Source: Vicugna vicugna
Lineage: Eukaryota
Assembly (NCBI GenBank): GCA_013265495.1
Contig: MU058153.1
Location: forward strand, 1,180,001 to 1,244,000
Reading direction: 5' to 3'
Length of the DNA: 64,000 nucleotides
This document shows, one piece after another, positions 12,593 to 24,889 of this stretch. Under the pieces are notes generated by a model, which saw only the letters and a program-made list of their open reading frames with translations, searched no databases and had not been told where the DNA came from. Each line of letters begins with the position of its first letter. Within the stretch, counting starts at the first letter, position 1. The translations under genes and the position numbers were made by a program.

Positions 12593-12710
12593 GGGGAGGG
12601 TATAACTCAGTGGTAGAGTGCGTGCTTCGCATGCACGAGGTCCAGTACCACTATTAAAAACAAACAGAAACATACATACATACATAAATACCTAATTATC
12701 CCCCCAAAAT
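12593..12710 (+). mobile_element. Camelid tRNA-Ala-derived SINE (vic-1 type) lacking B box
   Basis: ggggagggtataactcagtggtagagtgcgtgcttcgcatgcacgaggtc-cagtaccactatt... then 'cctaattatccccc'. Confidence 0.9.
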
Positions 12711-12910
12711 TTGTTTTTAATAGGAATATATATCTCTTTCAGAAAATTTGAAAAGACTGAAATAGATGTTAAAAGTATTTCTCCTAATCTCCGTCCCAGA
12801 GTTAACCTTTGCAACCCTGGTCGATATTTGTTTCTGAAAATGTTTGAACGGAATTTCAACAATTTGGTGCAGATATTCATGTTGCTTTGATTTTAAATGT
12901 GGCTTATACA

Positions 12911-13959
12911 CAGCAGTGAGCCAGTAAACGTTTAGCAGCCAGCTCTCAGGAGAAAATATATGACATGTAATATATATATGTATATTTTTATAAGCCTTAC
13001 TGATATAAAGGATGTACGAGACACAATTTACAAATAGTGATAAAATATAGAATGTTCTTTATTATAAATTCCATGCGGCCGATTGATTTTCACAGAACCC
13101 TTTTGTTGATTTTTTACAGAAGTCTTGCATCTTTAGCCAATCTATGGTTGCAACTGACAAATGAATGTACTTTCAGTATGAATATTGACTGATACTTTCA
13201 TTTACATTAACATGTAAGTCCAAAGTGAAACAACAAAGACATACTGAGACTTCACTAGTTTGTAAATGAAGCAAGCAAGCTCTTTGTTGAATTGGATAAT
13301 AATATTCAAATACTGAAAGAATATTTCTCAGTTTGCTGTGTTGTCCACAATGTAATGTCTGCAGACAATAGACATGCAAGTTTAATCTGCATTATTAACG
13401 TCTTTTCCATCACTTTTTCAGTTTTGACTATGCATTCTCCAAGAGGGTGATATGGCCCCTTGGGGGCAAAAACTGGCTCTTGGGATGGAGCAAAATATGT
13501 TGCTTTTTTCATGTATAAAGTTTAGATGTACATGTAGTACACAAACAGTATTACGCCTGTGGTTTAAATATTTCATGAGGAGGGGACAATTAGGCCAAAA
13601 ATATCTAAAAGGACTCCTTAGAGGGTGATAATAATAAAACAAAAAGTTGAGAAACAATCAACCAAACAAGAAATAAAGCCCTGATTCATAATGTTTGCTG
13701 ATTTCTATTAAGTACTTCCATCGTGGCCAGTTTCAAGCTACCAGTGTGACATCACTGAATGTGGCATTGAGAGAAGAGGTACAGCACCGTAGCATTATAT
13801 AACATCCCCCCATGCAGGCATAACAGGTGTCCAAAACCTCAAGAGCACAGAGAATAGTTAAATGTGATTTATTTCTTTAAGCATCCAGCTCACAAAATTT
13901 TTGAAAATTTAACCATCATCTTTCATGAGCATGTTGGACCTCGCTCCTGTACACCACTG
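12911..13959. mobile_element. hAT-Blackjack non-autonomous DNA transposon, MER63-like
   Basis: Degenerate TIRs 'cagcagtgagccagt' (12911) and 'cctgtacaccactg' (13959). Internal 'gtttcaagctaccagtgtgacatcactgaa' and 'tctatggttgcaactgac'. Confidence 0.75.
13429..13657. mobile_element. hAT-Charlie MITE (possibly MER106-like) nested in the MER63-like element
   Basis: Ends 'tatgcattctccaa' and 'aagttgagaaac' are Charlie-type TIRs. Repeated subterminal motif 'gagggtgata' at both ends. Confidence 0.65.
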
Positions 13960-14149
13960 GATGGTAAATGCAGAATTTTAGAGAGGTTGGGGGCGGGGGC
14001 TGCCTCAGAGGCACCAGAAAGAGCCAGCTTTTCTTCAGCTTCAGCCCTGTTGAAAGGATGCTTAGAGAGGGCCCAGCTGTTTCTTTTAGTTGGCTGACAT
14101 AGTAAGTATTTTGTCCACATTTTTAATTTAAAAAAAAATTAGTATGCAC

Positions 14150-14340
14150 TTCTCAGATTCAACTTACTGGTTGAAATGATGTGAACTCACTTTAGGACTT
14201 GATACTTACAGTCACATTGTTTCCAGTAAAGTTGCATCAAATTGCACTCTCCCTAGTAGGATAGAAGATTCCTGTTTCACTGCACATTATACATTTAAAA
14301 AACATATGATCACCAGAGAATTATAGTGTCTCACTTTTGA
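14150..14340 (-). mobile_element. Old L1 (L1ME-type) fragment
   Basis: 'cattgtttccagtaaagttgcatcaaattgcactctccctagtagga..agattcctgtttcac'. Confidence 0.55.
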
Positions 14341-14524
14341 TTGAATACCTTAAGATTTGCAAAGGCTAATTGTAGAAGATTTTATTGTACCAATCTATAC
14401 AACCACATGAAAGATGATTAAAAAACATAGCTCCAAATACATAAGGGTTAATTGAAAGGCTCATGAAATGTATTGTTCCCTTTCATTTGAGGTGTTTAGA
14501 TCCTTTGTATTATATAAGATGTCA

Positions 14525-14882
14525 TTTTTTTTTAAAGAAGAGGTAAAAGTGTCACTATATGCCGACAACATGTTACTATATATAGAAAACCCTAAAAGGT
14601 CCACACAAAAACTACTAGAGCTGATCGAAGAATTCAGCAAGGTAGCAGGTTACAAGATTAACGTTCAAAAGTCAGTTGCATTTCTTTACACTAACGATGA
14701 ATCAACAGAAAAAGGAAGTAAAGAAACAATCCCCTTTAAAATAGCACCCAAATTAATAAAATACCTAGGAATAAATCTAACCAAGGAGGTGAAAGAATTA
14801 TACACAGAAAACTATAAACCATTGATGAAGGAAATTAAAGAAGACTTTACAAAATGGAAAGATACCCATGCTCTTGGATTGG
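14525..14882. mobile_element. Young L1 insertion: ORF2 RT fragment (sense on +) with T9 tract, flanked by a 12-bp TSD
   Basis: Translates [21 protein letters not shown]...[21 protein letters not shown]...[13 protein letters not shown] (L1 RT, YADD changed to YADN). Perfect TSD aagatgtcattt at 14516-14527 and 14883-14894. Confidence 0.93.
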
Positions 14883-17395
14883 AAGATGTCATTTATAAAT
14901 CACTCCTACTAGTTTTGCTTGGGACACCCCTCTTCCAGTATAGACAATATCACAATTGCTCACAGTTTTATAAGCAATATCATTTCTATGATAGTGATGA
15001 TAGAGGAAAAGATTCTGTCAGAGTCTGTGTTTCCACTGAAAATTGTGTCATTTCAAGACAGTAGAAAGAGATTAAAAGTTCTCCTGGATGTGAGGTTATA
15101 TAAAATGGAACATTTAAATATGAAAGCTTTAAAATGTATTTCTCCAAAGATTATTGATACATATATTTTCACTGCATCTAAGCATTTATAATATGCAGGT
15201 AAATGCATTGAAAATCTTCATCATCAAAATCTGACATCATATTTTATTTTTCTTCATTTTTATTTTTCAAGACTGAAGTGATTATCAAGTCTCAGGAATT
15301 TTCTTGGATGGTACATCAGGACTTAGATGAGGCATAGATTTCTTTTCCACTCCCAAATTTAAAGTTCACCTCAGCTGCAAGTTATATAGTAAGTGTAACA
15401 ACGTGGCAGTCCTTACTGTGCAGATAAATCAAGGGAGCCTCTGCCAGAGTGGCACTGTATGTGTCACTGCTAGGTTGTGATATACTGAAATAATACTTGA
15501 TGTTTGAGAAGCTGGGTTGACGAACGCAAACAGCATTGTTCAGGCTTGCGAACATCAATTGATATTCACCCATCTGTCTCTCTCTACTTCCTCCTTCTCC
15601 ACTTATGCAAATAAGAGTGTCAGTTAGTCTGGAGGTTGGCAGGACAGTGAAGAGTCTTTTGTTGGGATGTGCTTGCAATACATAGACTTTTTGTTTCCTT
15701 TTCTTTGGGAAGATCCTTATGAGACTGACTCTAACCTATGGAAACATAAATAACCTTTAGTTACATGAGAGGTAGTGCTTGCATCCATAGCAAAGAGGAA
15801 ATGTTCTGAAAGGGGATGTATTGGAGATGAATCTGGATAAGCCTCTGAAAGGAGAGAAAAAGATTGCTTTTAAGGGAGAGGCAGACATCGGATCAAGGGC
15901 TAAGCATTTAAAGTCTGCTCCAGTACCATTATTAAATTATCTAATTAATATCATTTAATAATGCATATTAACTAATTTAGAGTGAATAAGCTTGTTGACC
16001 TCTAGCTGTATAATTTCCACATCAGGTCCCTTGATATCTGTAACCTATTAGTTTTATAGGCATGTCATTATTATTATTCAATTAAAGTTCTAGGTGTCTT
16101 GGGTAGACATGAGAAGATGATAATTAGCTTCAAAACACGGCCTTTCCATTGTTGTTATCAAATAGACAGCATGTCTGTTTGGTTTTGTTAGTTAACATTT
16201 TCATATAACACACATTTTAGCAATAATGAGAGTTTATACTCTGATATAATTTGCTACAATACCTTTAGCATCTATGTATTACCAAATGAAATTATAGCCT
16301 GCAATTATATGATGCAGTAGATTCAGCAGTACATAAATGCTTCTCCCCCATATAGTCTCACTGTCTTTCCCTCTCAGTGTGTAGTTCTCTTCACCCCTGG
16401 TCTTTAATTTACCCATTGATGTTGTCCCCATGAAGTCATTAGAATTTCATACACAGCTAGTTACAAAATGGTGATTAATAATGGAGACATTGATAAGCTT
16501 ACCAGTTCTCCCAAAACTGGGAATACTCAATTCTGTTTCCTAAACATGGCTGATTAATTGTTGATTAATTCTGCTTCCAGAATGTGGTTTGGTTTTCTTA
16601 TACATACTTCTGGACAGAGTACCAATCTGTCCAGAAGCCCTGTGTAAAACTTTTTTTTTTTAGGTCCTGTGGTTAGATTCCCACGTAAGTTGACATTGCT
16701 GCCCGTTCCCACATATAACCCAACTAATTTATTACAGGACTTGTTGTCTGTACCTGCATACACCAAAGGGGAAAGAGGAAAGGTGGGCCATCCTGTTTGT
16801 ATTCCTGGTTGTCTTAAATCCAATCAAGATAAATTGCAGTTGATGTGAGAATAGCCAGGGTAATCTTAAAATACCATTTCAGGCATAGTGTCTTGGTCAA
16901 ACTATACCCTCCCCGAATTGCATCGTGAACACCATATTCTGTCTAATCATAGATAATGGAGGAAGGGAAGAGTTGCTCTGATTCGGTCAAACATGGTTTA
17001 AGGAATAGATGTTCCATCAACGCACATGATGCAGAGAAGAACACTGGATTTGTAGTCAGATATTGTCAGCTTAAGGGATTCGTTGACAGTGGCCGGCTTT
17101 GTGGCTTGGCAGAGGGAATTTAACTCTCTGAGAATCCGCTCCTTTTGGGGTTAGGAAGTGCGCGCTCTCGCACATCCATGTAGCTTGTTCACGCTCAGCT
17201 CATTTATTACATACAGCTGCAGGGACATGCAAATGAAAAACTAACAGGAAAGTACTTTGCTGACCGTGAAGCACCACGACCAGGTAAGTGACCCTGGCTT
17301 CTCTCCTCTCTGCCAGTCACAGCCCCCTTGCTCCCCTCTGAGCATGTCAGGAATTCTCCTTGCCAGCGCCTCCCCCTTTACTGTTCTCTTTGCCT

Positions 17396-17812
17396 GGGTA
17401 TCAGTCTGCACAGGATGACATAACAAAGTACCACAAACTGGCTGGCTTAAGAGGGGAAAGGATGTAATCGTTCTGAGCACCAGAAGTCTGGAATCAAGGT
17501 GCCAGCGGGAGTGATTCCTTCTAAGAGCTGTGGGAGAAGGATCTGCCCCAGGGATCTGTATTTGGCTTAGAGATAGCTGCCTTCTGCCCGTATCTCTTCC
17601 CATTATCTTCTCTCCGCGTGTCTGTCTCTGTTTCCACATCTCCTCTTTTTATAAGGACACGAGTCATATTGGATTAGAGCCCACACTAAAGACCTCATTT
17701 TAACTTAATTATCTCTGTCAAGATCCTGTCTCCAAATAAGGTAACATTCCGAGGTGCTGGGTATGAGGACACCAACATCGCTGCTTTTAAAGGGACACCA
17801 TTCAACACACAG
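17396..17812 (-). mobile_element. MaLR solo LTR, MLT1B-like
   Basis: 'cataacaaagtaccacaaactgg', 'ttataaggacacgagtcatattggattagagcccac', 'tctccaaataaggtaacattccgaggt'. Confidence 0.88.
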
Positions 17813-17819
17813 TCCCCAA

Positions 17820-18345
17820 AGAGCTACACGACCCCTTCCTTCTTCTGGGCCTTTACTGTTTGATGAATCCCTCTCTGGCTACTCCATTTAAAAATATACA
17901 TTCGAGATTTGCAGATACTAATATATATAAAATAGATAAACAACAAGTGTAAACTGAATAGCACAGGGAACCATATTCAATATCTTGTAGTAACTTATGG
18001 TGAAAAAGAGTATGAAAATGAATATATGTCATGTTCCTGTATGACTGAAGTATTGTGCTGTACACCAGAAAATGACACAAACATTGTAAGCTGGCTGTAC
18101 TTCAATAAAGTATATTTTAAAAAAATATATATATATATGTGCATTCTCAGACACATATGTGCCCCTTCTCCCTTTGATCAAGTCAATAGCACAATACTAT
18201 CTTTTTCACTAATTTACTTGACTCATTCCACTCGACTGAAAGCCCTGTGGGAGTAGGGATCTTGGTTTGTTTTATTTATTTCTGTCCTTTGGCCATGAGA
18301 GCAGTACCTGGCCCACAGTAGATGTTCAATCAATGTGTGCTGAAT
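17820..18345 (+). mobile_element. L2 3' end, interrupted by a young L1
   Basis: Ends 'gcagtacctggcccacagtagatgttcaatcaatgtgtgctgaatga'. Confidence 0.75.
17901..18125 (+). mobile_element. Young lineage-specific L1 3' end (5'-truncated)
   Basis: 3'UTR 'gagatttgcagatactaa...atagcacagggaaccatattcaatatcttgtagtaac...ttcaataaa'. TT/AAAA site and approximate TSD aaaaatata (17890, 18121). Confidence 0.88.
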
Positions 18346-19259
18346 GAGATGCAAAGAGGATGATGTTGTGGTACCTGCCCTCTGTGAACTCACGCTGCAA
18401 ACCACATTATCTTCCCGCTCAACAGCTGAGTTAGTCAAAGCACCCAACATGTCGATCACGTTCAGTTCAGTGTGTATTCCTGGGAGCCCTCGATGTCCTA
18501 CAGCATGTGTTATGTTCCCTGTGTTACTCAGCCGCAGTTCTCAGCTGGAAAACCAGAGACAAGTTTTAGCCTTTTTTTTTTTTAAGCTACCAGGAGGGGT
18601 TTAATACTGGAAGTGTCCATTCAGGTAGCATCAAAGGCAGGAGAAAGAAATCTGGGGGACAGAATCAGGTGGTGGTGAAATGACAGTGGGGCACTTCTCG
18701 GCATCCTTGTATTCCCTTGGAGATGCGCTCAGCTCACTGCCTGGAAGGCTTGAACACCAAGCGGCCTGACTGAGCAATAGTACTCATTAATATAATTATG
18801 CTTCTCCACTCGGAATTTGGCTTCAAGATCACTTTCGGTACTTCAGCCTTTCAGTGCCATGATTTTAGAAAGAAATGAAAGGCAGGATTTTTTTTTTTTA
18901 TCCCCAGCTCGTCCTCAGCAAATGAAGCTCATAAAGGTGCCAGTGACAAAATAAATCAGTTATCCGGTGCTCTTAGCTGAATATAGCTGCTGTTATTGTT
19001 AGCTGATGTGCCTCTGGGGAAAAGACATTTCAGAAAGGACTAAATCCACACATCGTGTTGCTGTAATAAAGCAACATTTAGCAAAAAAATCAAGTTTAGG
19101 AACACTAGATTAAGGCTGGAAGCTAATCTACAAGGGAGCCTGTGCAGAAGCCATTGTTTCAAGGCCATCTATCTGTAACGGACTCCAGTGCTGCCGAGGA
19201 GAGCTGTGAATTCAAACTTTTGCCGTTTTCTGGTGCAGGCTGCGTGGTGCGCCCGGAAG

Positions 19260-19420
19260 AGCTCGGGCTTGTAAGTTCAACCAACACCGCTCAGCTACTG
19301 CCTCACTCTGTGATGGTGGTCAAGTCTCACACTTCCAAAAGCTGATTTTTTTTTTTCCCGTCTTGTAAGACAGAGTTAATAATACTCTCTCTAGTTGTAT
19401 ATGTGAAGGTGAAATGAAAT
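19260..19420 (+). mobile_element. MIR SINE
   Basis: 'ctctgtgatggtggtcaagtctcac...tcttgtaagacagagttaataatac...gtgaaggtgaaatgaaat'. Confidence 0.55.
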
Positions 19421-22400
19421 TGCTTGGAGAGAAGTCAGTGTTGGTTGTGTTTCTGGTATGCTGGTGGTTGGTGCTATGCATTTGTCATTCCTTTAGCCCC
19501 ATCACTCTGGTTCATTTTTCACCCAGGCATTGCAACTCTTGGTTTCTGCGGGTTGAGTGACTGTGAGCACATTACGTAAATTCTCTCAGGCTCAGTTTTC
19601 TCATCTGTAAACTGGGAGATCAGTGACAGTGATAAGAGTTGACAACTGTGAAGCGCCTACCATGGTCCTGTCATGGCCTTATTTTACAGCTGAAGAAGCT
19701 GGCTTCCAGAAGTTAAGTAGCTTGCCCACTGCAATACAGAGGGAAGTTGGTAAAAATCTCAAGTGACTAGCATAATGTCTTGTAGAAGTTAAGGGAGATT
19801 ATTGTTAGTATTAACATCATCAACAGCATGACCCTCAGACTCAGCATCATCCATCCTCTCCTCGACTGCTGAGTGATCTCTGTGAGAACAGGTTGCAAGC
19901 ACATCACAAGTATATTGTTTGTCATTGTGAACTAGATTACTGCATAGATGCTCAATAAGTGTACTGAGAGAGAAATGAAGAAAAAGAAACGGAAGGAGAG
20001 AAGGAGGAAGGGGAGGAGGCAGATATGCATGGATGGAATTCACATGTGCTGCTTTCACAGACATCTGCCATCACGTCTCTAACCTGTTGACCATGTCAGC
20101 AGAGCTATCAATGTGGAACTGTGCCAGGCCTATTAACAATCGTGGTTTTGGTTGGTAATGTGCCATTTCCCAAAGTGCATCTACAGATGAATGTAGCAAG
20201 ATGAGTGGCCCTATTTCTTTAATAACTGCCAGAGTTCTCAACACACAGCCTTCAGCCAGCAAGTACCTACATGAACCTTGAGATATTTGGACATAATTAT
20301 GTTGACCAAGGCTCTCTACTTAGAGATTCTGAAATCCCATTTACAAAAAAAAGACTCTTTCCCTTGCAAGGGGAACTATTTTTTTTCTATGTATCCTTGT
20401 TTATACTCAATATGTGTCTCTGATGATTTTAACACAGCAATGGGGCTCTCATTCCTATCTGATGCTATCATTCCTGAAAGAGAAGGCAAAAATATATTTC
20501 TGTTGTGCCTGAACTGCAAAATCTGTGTCCCCTTAACCCGTATTTTCCCCTCCAGCTAGTAATTTTCTTCCTTTTATTCCCCACACTATCAGGTTTTGAA
20601 TATAAGAAGATTTTGAATTTTTTAAAATGTCAGTGAATATTCAGTAGAAACAAATTTTTTAACAAAGAAGTGCTTTAGAAGCCAATTATAAACTCACGTG
20701 CAGAATCACAGTGATCTCCCTTTTTTAAATGATCACACCTCTTTATGTTTGTAGGGGAAGGAAGTATGGAGAGTAAGTTACTTGTTCACAGCAATGCCAC
20801 TTTTTAAAGAGAACAAAATTAGAATTTAAGTCTCTGACTCTAACACCACAGTGTTAGAACAGTCATATAAAGAAATGTGGGAAGGAAGGAAGAAAGCTGG
20901 AATCAATGTTAGTTGGTGATTCATTGGTCATACCAGAAAAAAAAAAGGAGTATCGAATATCAATAAATGCAACAAACTGGGTCAAAGACTCAGGTCTTTA
21001 AAGCTTGTTTATGAAGGAGGGAAGTGATGCCAGAGAAAATTGCAGTGATGTTCCTGCCCGTAGCATTCTTGGCTTTTATATATTTAACTGGCATTTACTA
21101 AGCAGCTATCACAGGCAAAACGTCTAGGTTCAGCAGTGTCATAGATATAGAGGTGATTGAGTGAGTCATGGTCTGTCGTTTAAGAAAGAAGCAATTTAGT
21201 GAAGAGAGTGCAGAAATAATGGAGAGTTAACTGAGGAGGAGAGAGTGTGCTGCTGTCATACAGACTGAGTGTGCGGCTGGTCAACCTTCTATCCCAACAG
21301 AATATTGGGACTCTCATTGGGGCAGCTCTAACTCAGACCAGAGGCAACATCACTGTTCAGTTAAAGATGATACATGCCATCTGAATTTCTCATATTGGAC
21401 TTGCTCTTCCTTCCCAACCTGAAGTTACAGGAGAGATGGCTTTCCACAACCTTTTATGAAAGGGCCCACATATTTCAAACTAACAGGCAAAATATCAACC
21501 CACCAGCTGACCTGCAGCTATAAATTACTGACATTCTGTAAAACAAGTAACTATTGCCACTTAGAATTCTTTTTGTGTCTTATTTCTACTAGAGGGGAGA
21601 TGGATGCCTTCAGAAATGTGTCTCTTAGTGGAAACATGTCATAACGTTGTTGATTTCCATCTCTTACCCAGAGGTGCTTTGATGAGGACACTAGTATCAG
21701 GAACGATATTGCAAAGTCACAGTATACCCTCTGGGCAGGTTAATCCGAACCTTGGGAGGGTGATCACTATGCACGTGTCAGATTTGACACATGGCTTCTA
21801 GTACAGTTACTTGAGGACACACCTCCATTTATAGATGACTACACACTTCTATTTATAGAGCTTTATTGTGGAAGAGAAATTCTGGGAGTTTCTTGTTCTA
21901 GGGAAGACAACAACAACCAAGAACTCTGAACTATGTGAGCCTATTTCTGCTAGAAACCCGAATAAAGAAGCTCAAATCTAGGCTGCTAGATGAACAAGAG
22001 AAAAAAAAAACATATATATATATATTCCTAAATACTGAGAATTGAAATTGTCAAACTGAATCTAGAAGGAGCACTCTTTCCTAATCCAAATTTCAGAGCT
22101 CTACAGGTGCAGGTATCAGGGCAGCAGGGAGCACTGGCTGGCTTTCATGCCCATTCAGGTCTCCCTCCAATTTATAAAATATTTGGTCAGGGTTTACAAT
22201 ACTCCTGACAAAGAAGGAACTTCAGAGAAGCCTTTTGAAAGAGAATGCCCGGCTGTTCGGGTTTGGAAAATAAGAAGCCAGAGGTGAGGCTGACAGGTTG
22301 TGTAGGGGGAAACAGACAGACCTGACAGTTTATTTTTAAGCATTTCAAACTTTGGCGGATCAATTTTCTGAAAGGGTTTCCTTCTGATTGTTCTTTTGAA

Positions 22401-23708
22401 AGTAAGAACTGCCAGGGCTACGACAGAAAGTTGACACCTATTCAGTTCAGCACTTAGAAAAAGCTAAGAGGGAAAAAGAAAGACTTTCAGTTCGTATTCT
22501 TTCTATTTATTGTGGTGCTCAAAGCAGTGAATAGTAGAGTTGGTGCTGAAAGGCATTTCCATTATATCTGCTGCAAAGTCTCAATGAGCCTCAATGAGTA
22601 GGGAGAGTCAGGAAGTAAAACTTTTTCCAACTGGGAGAGTTTGAAAGTGCATTCTCACAGCACATGGAGCTGGGATATCTCTTCTGGATCTAGACCTAAA
22701 ATTAAACTTCTTAAAAACAAAATTAAACCATAATGCTGTCACTGCATATTATATTATTTTTCAGTCGATTATGCATTTGCTTGCGATCTCTTAGTTTTCA
22801 GGGATGCAGTGTGGACATTATTGCCAGCTACTAGCCTGAATTAATATACTTTGCCAGGAGATTCATTAGTATTTGATTTGCTCACTTTTATTTAGTCTTC
22901 ATCATCATGTATCTTAGATGACAATATTTGTTATCAAGTGTGTGTCCACTTCCTCTGCTCAATTGTAAGCTAATGAAAGGACACTTGATATTCTGTGTAG
23001 AGAGACCAGCAAGGTGCTTTGCAAGTATTTATGTATTCAAGAAACATTTAATGAATTAGACCTTTGCAATCTTCCCCAGCCCTTTTTGTACACTTTTGTA
23101 TATTCAGACCGAGCACACATGTAGAGTATGATGCTAACATAGGTGTGAGATTTTTTTTTTTTTACAACTGAAGAAAAGAGGGGGTTTGCAATTTATCCAT
23201 CATTTATTAACCAGAGGCTATGCTGGGCTCTGAGGTTATACAGATACATGAGACAATCCATGCCCTTTAGGATTCTAGCAGATAAATAGGACACAAAAAT
23301 AAGTAATGCTAGAAGCATATGGCTAAAGATCAATACAGAGCACTAAACATCGAAGTGATAACTTGCCATGTCCAATCAGTGCTAGACGGTCTCACCATTA
23401 AAATGGTGAAGCATGTGAGAGGGATAATTCACTTTGGTTTGAAAGTCAACACTGAGAAGACAGCAGTGTGTGAAGCATCTGCGGGTCCTGATAAATGACT
23501 CACTGATGAAAGCGCTGGTTAATTTGTGTCACATTAGCGGTATCGTGTTTCTCAATATGACCCTTGGAAAAGAGTAATTCTATTACAGTTAGGTTGGCAA
23601 AAGCTTATACTCCTCTTGGGCAGGGGACTCGGTATGTGCAGAGGGACTGAAGAATTGGATCAATGTAATGAGAGCCGCTGCTTAAGGAGACACCCAAAGT
23701 GATTAGAG

Positions 23709-23874
23709 CAGCGGTTCTCAGAGTTGGTTGCACATTGGCGTCACATGGAGAACAGTATAAAACTATGTCCTGTCTGCGTGCCGTGCTAATTAGATCACAG
23801 TCTCTGGGGACTGGACCCGGGTTTTATAAACGTCACAGATGATTCCAGTGTCCAGCCAAGTCCGAGAAACCATG
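23709..23874. mobile_element. hAT-Charlie MITE, MER5B-like
   Basis: TIRs cagcggttctca / cgagaaaccatg. 8-bp TSD gattagag (23701-23708) / gattagaa (23875-23882). Confidence 0.8.
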
Positions 23875-23882
23875 GATTAGAA

Positions 23883-24039
23883 CCCTGCTTCTCAAGCTGT
23901 AATAGGCTACAAACCACCTGGGGGTCTGGTTGAAATGGAATTTCTGACCCAGTGAGTCTGGGATAGGGCCTGAGATTCTGCATTTCTAACAAGTTCCCAG
24001 GTGACACCTGCTCTGCTGTTGAGCAGTTGAGCGGTAAGA
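23883..24039. mobile_element. hAT-Charlie MITE, MER5A1-like
   Basis: 'gtctgggatagggcctgagattctgcatttctaacaagttcccaggtgac'. Confidence 0.85.
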
Positions 24040-24469
24040 GACTGTGGTCCCTCGGGGACTAGAAAACTCCCAATTTGCTAGCTTTCCAATCTCTGCCCAG
24101 ACTCTCAAGGTAAGGTGGTTGTGTTGGTCTTATAACTTTTACATATAAAATATTTTTTTTCCTTTTCTTTCCCAAAGAACTGATCTGTGTAACATAGGAT
24201 TTTGGGGATTTGACATTACGAGCTAAGAGAGTCTGGCCACAGCCTAATAAAAACATTCAAAGCTGAGATACATTTTGGGGAACTGGGTGGAGTTGGAGGC
24301 CGAACTCCCTTCCTATAAGAGTGGGTGATTTAAGTTATTGTGAGTTTTTCAGTGTATACAATCTTTGTGAAAATGCCTAAGTTAGCTGTGTTTTGGAATT
24401 GTGCCTGACTCTCATACAGCTAAAACTCTCTCCTATAACCCCCAAATAATTTGAGATACACAGTTGTAA

Positions 24470-24690
24470 AGGGGTAACAATTTGGATCTCTAGTGTCAGG
24501 CTGCTTTAGTTCAAATCCTGCCTCAGCAGCATTCTGGACGATAACACCCAGCCTCTCTCATTTTCTTTACGATGGAGATAAATATAAGACCTCTTGCAAG
24601 TGGTTGCTACAAGGATTGAATGAGGTGGCGTTCACAGCCACTGAGAACAGAGCATGGCTGTCACCAACCCTGGATGTAATCTATTACGGT
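24470..24690 (+). mobile_element. MIR SINE
   Basis: 'ggatctctagtgtcaggctgctttagttcaaatcctgcctc...ggttgctacaaggattgaatgag'. Confidence 0.65.
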
Positions 24691-24889
24691 CTCACTTCCA
24701 TCAAAGAGACAGAACCTAAAAGGAAACATACCAGCCTTTCACAAAACAGCCAGCCGTTTTGAGAATTAAAAGATATGGTCATTCTTTGTTAGTAAAGTTC
24801 ATTAATTTCCTCACTTCCGTTTATCCTCTCATGGCCAATATTTGCTGCTTGTAATTTGAGAGCATTCATTTAATTATTAAATAATATTA

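Noticed and set aside
12593..12660. tRNA-Ala gene (also 11560-11630 and 43620-43695)
   Set aside because: These have SINE-type tails or TSDs, degenerate arms or a missing B box, so they are SINEs rather than tRNA genes.
14468..15064. 198-aa ORF as a functional RT gene (retron-like or domesticated)
   Set aside because: It is a chance read-through of flank + partial L1 RT + flank. The catalytic YADD is YADN, the N-terminal RT motifs are absent, and homology frameshifts near KWKD.
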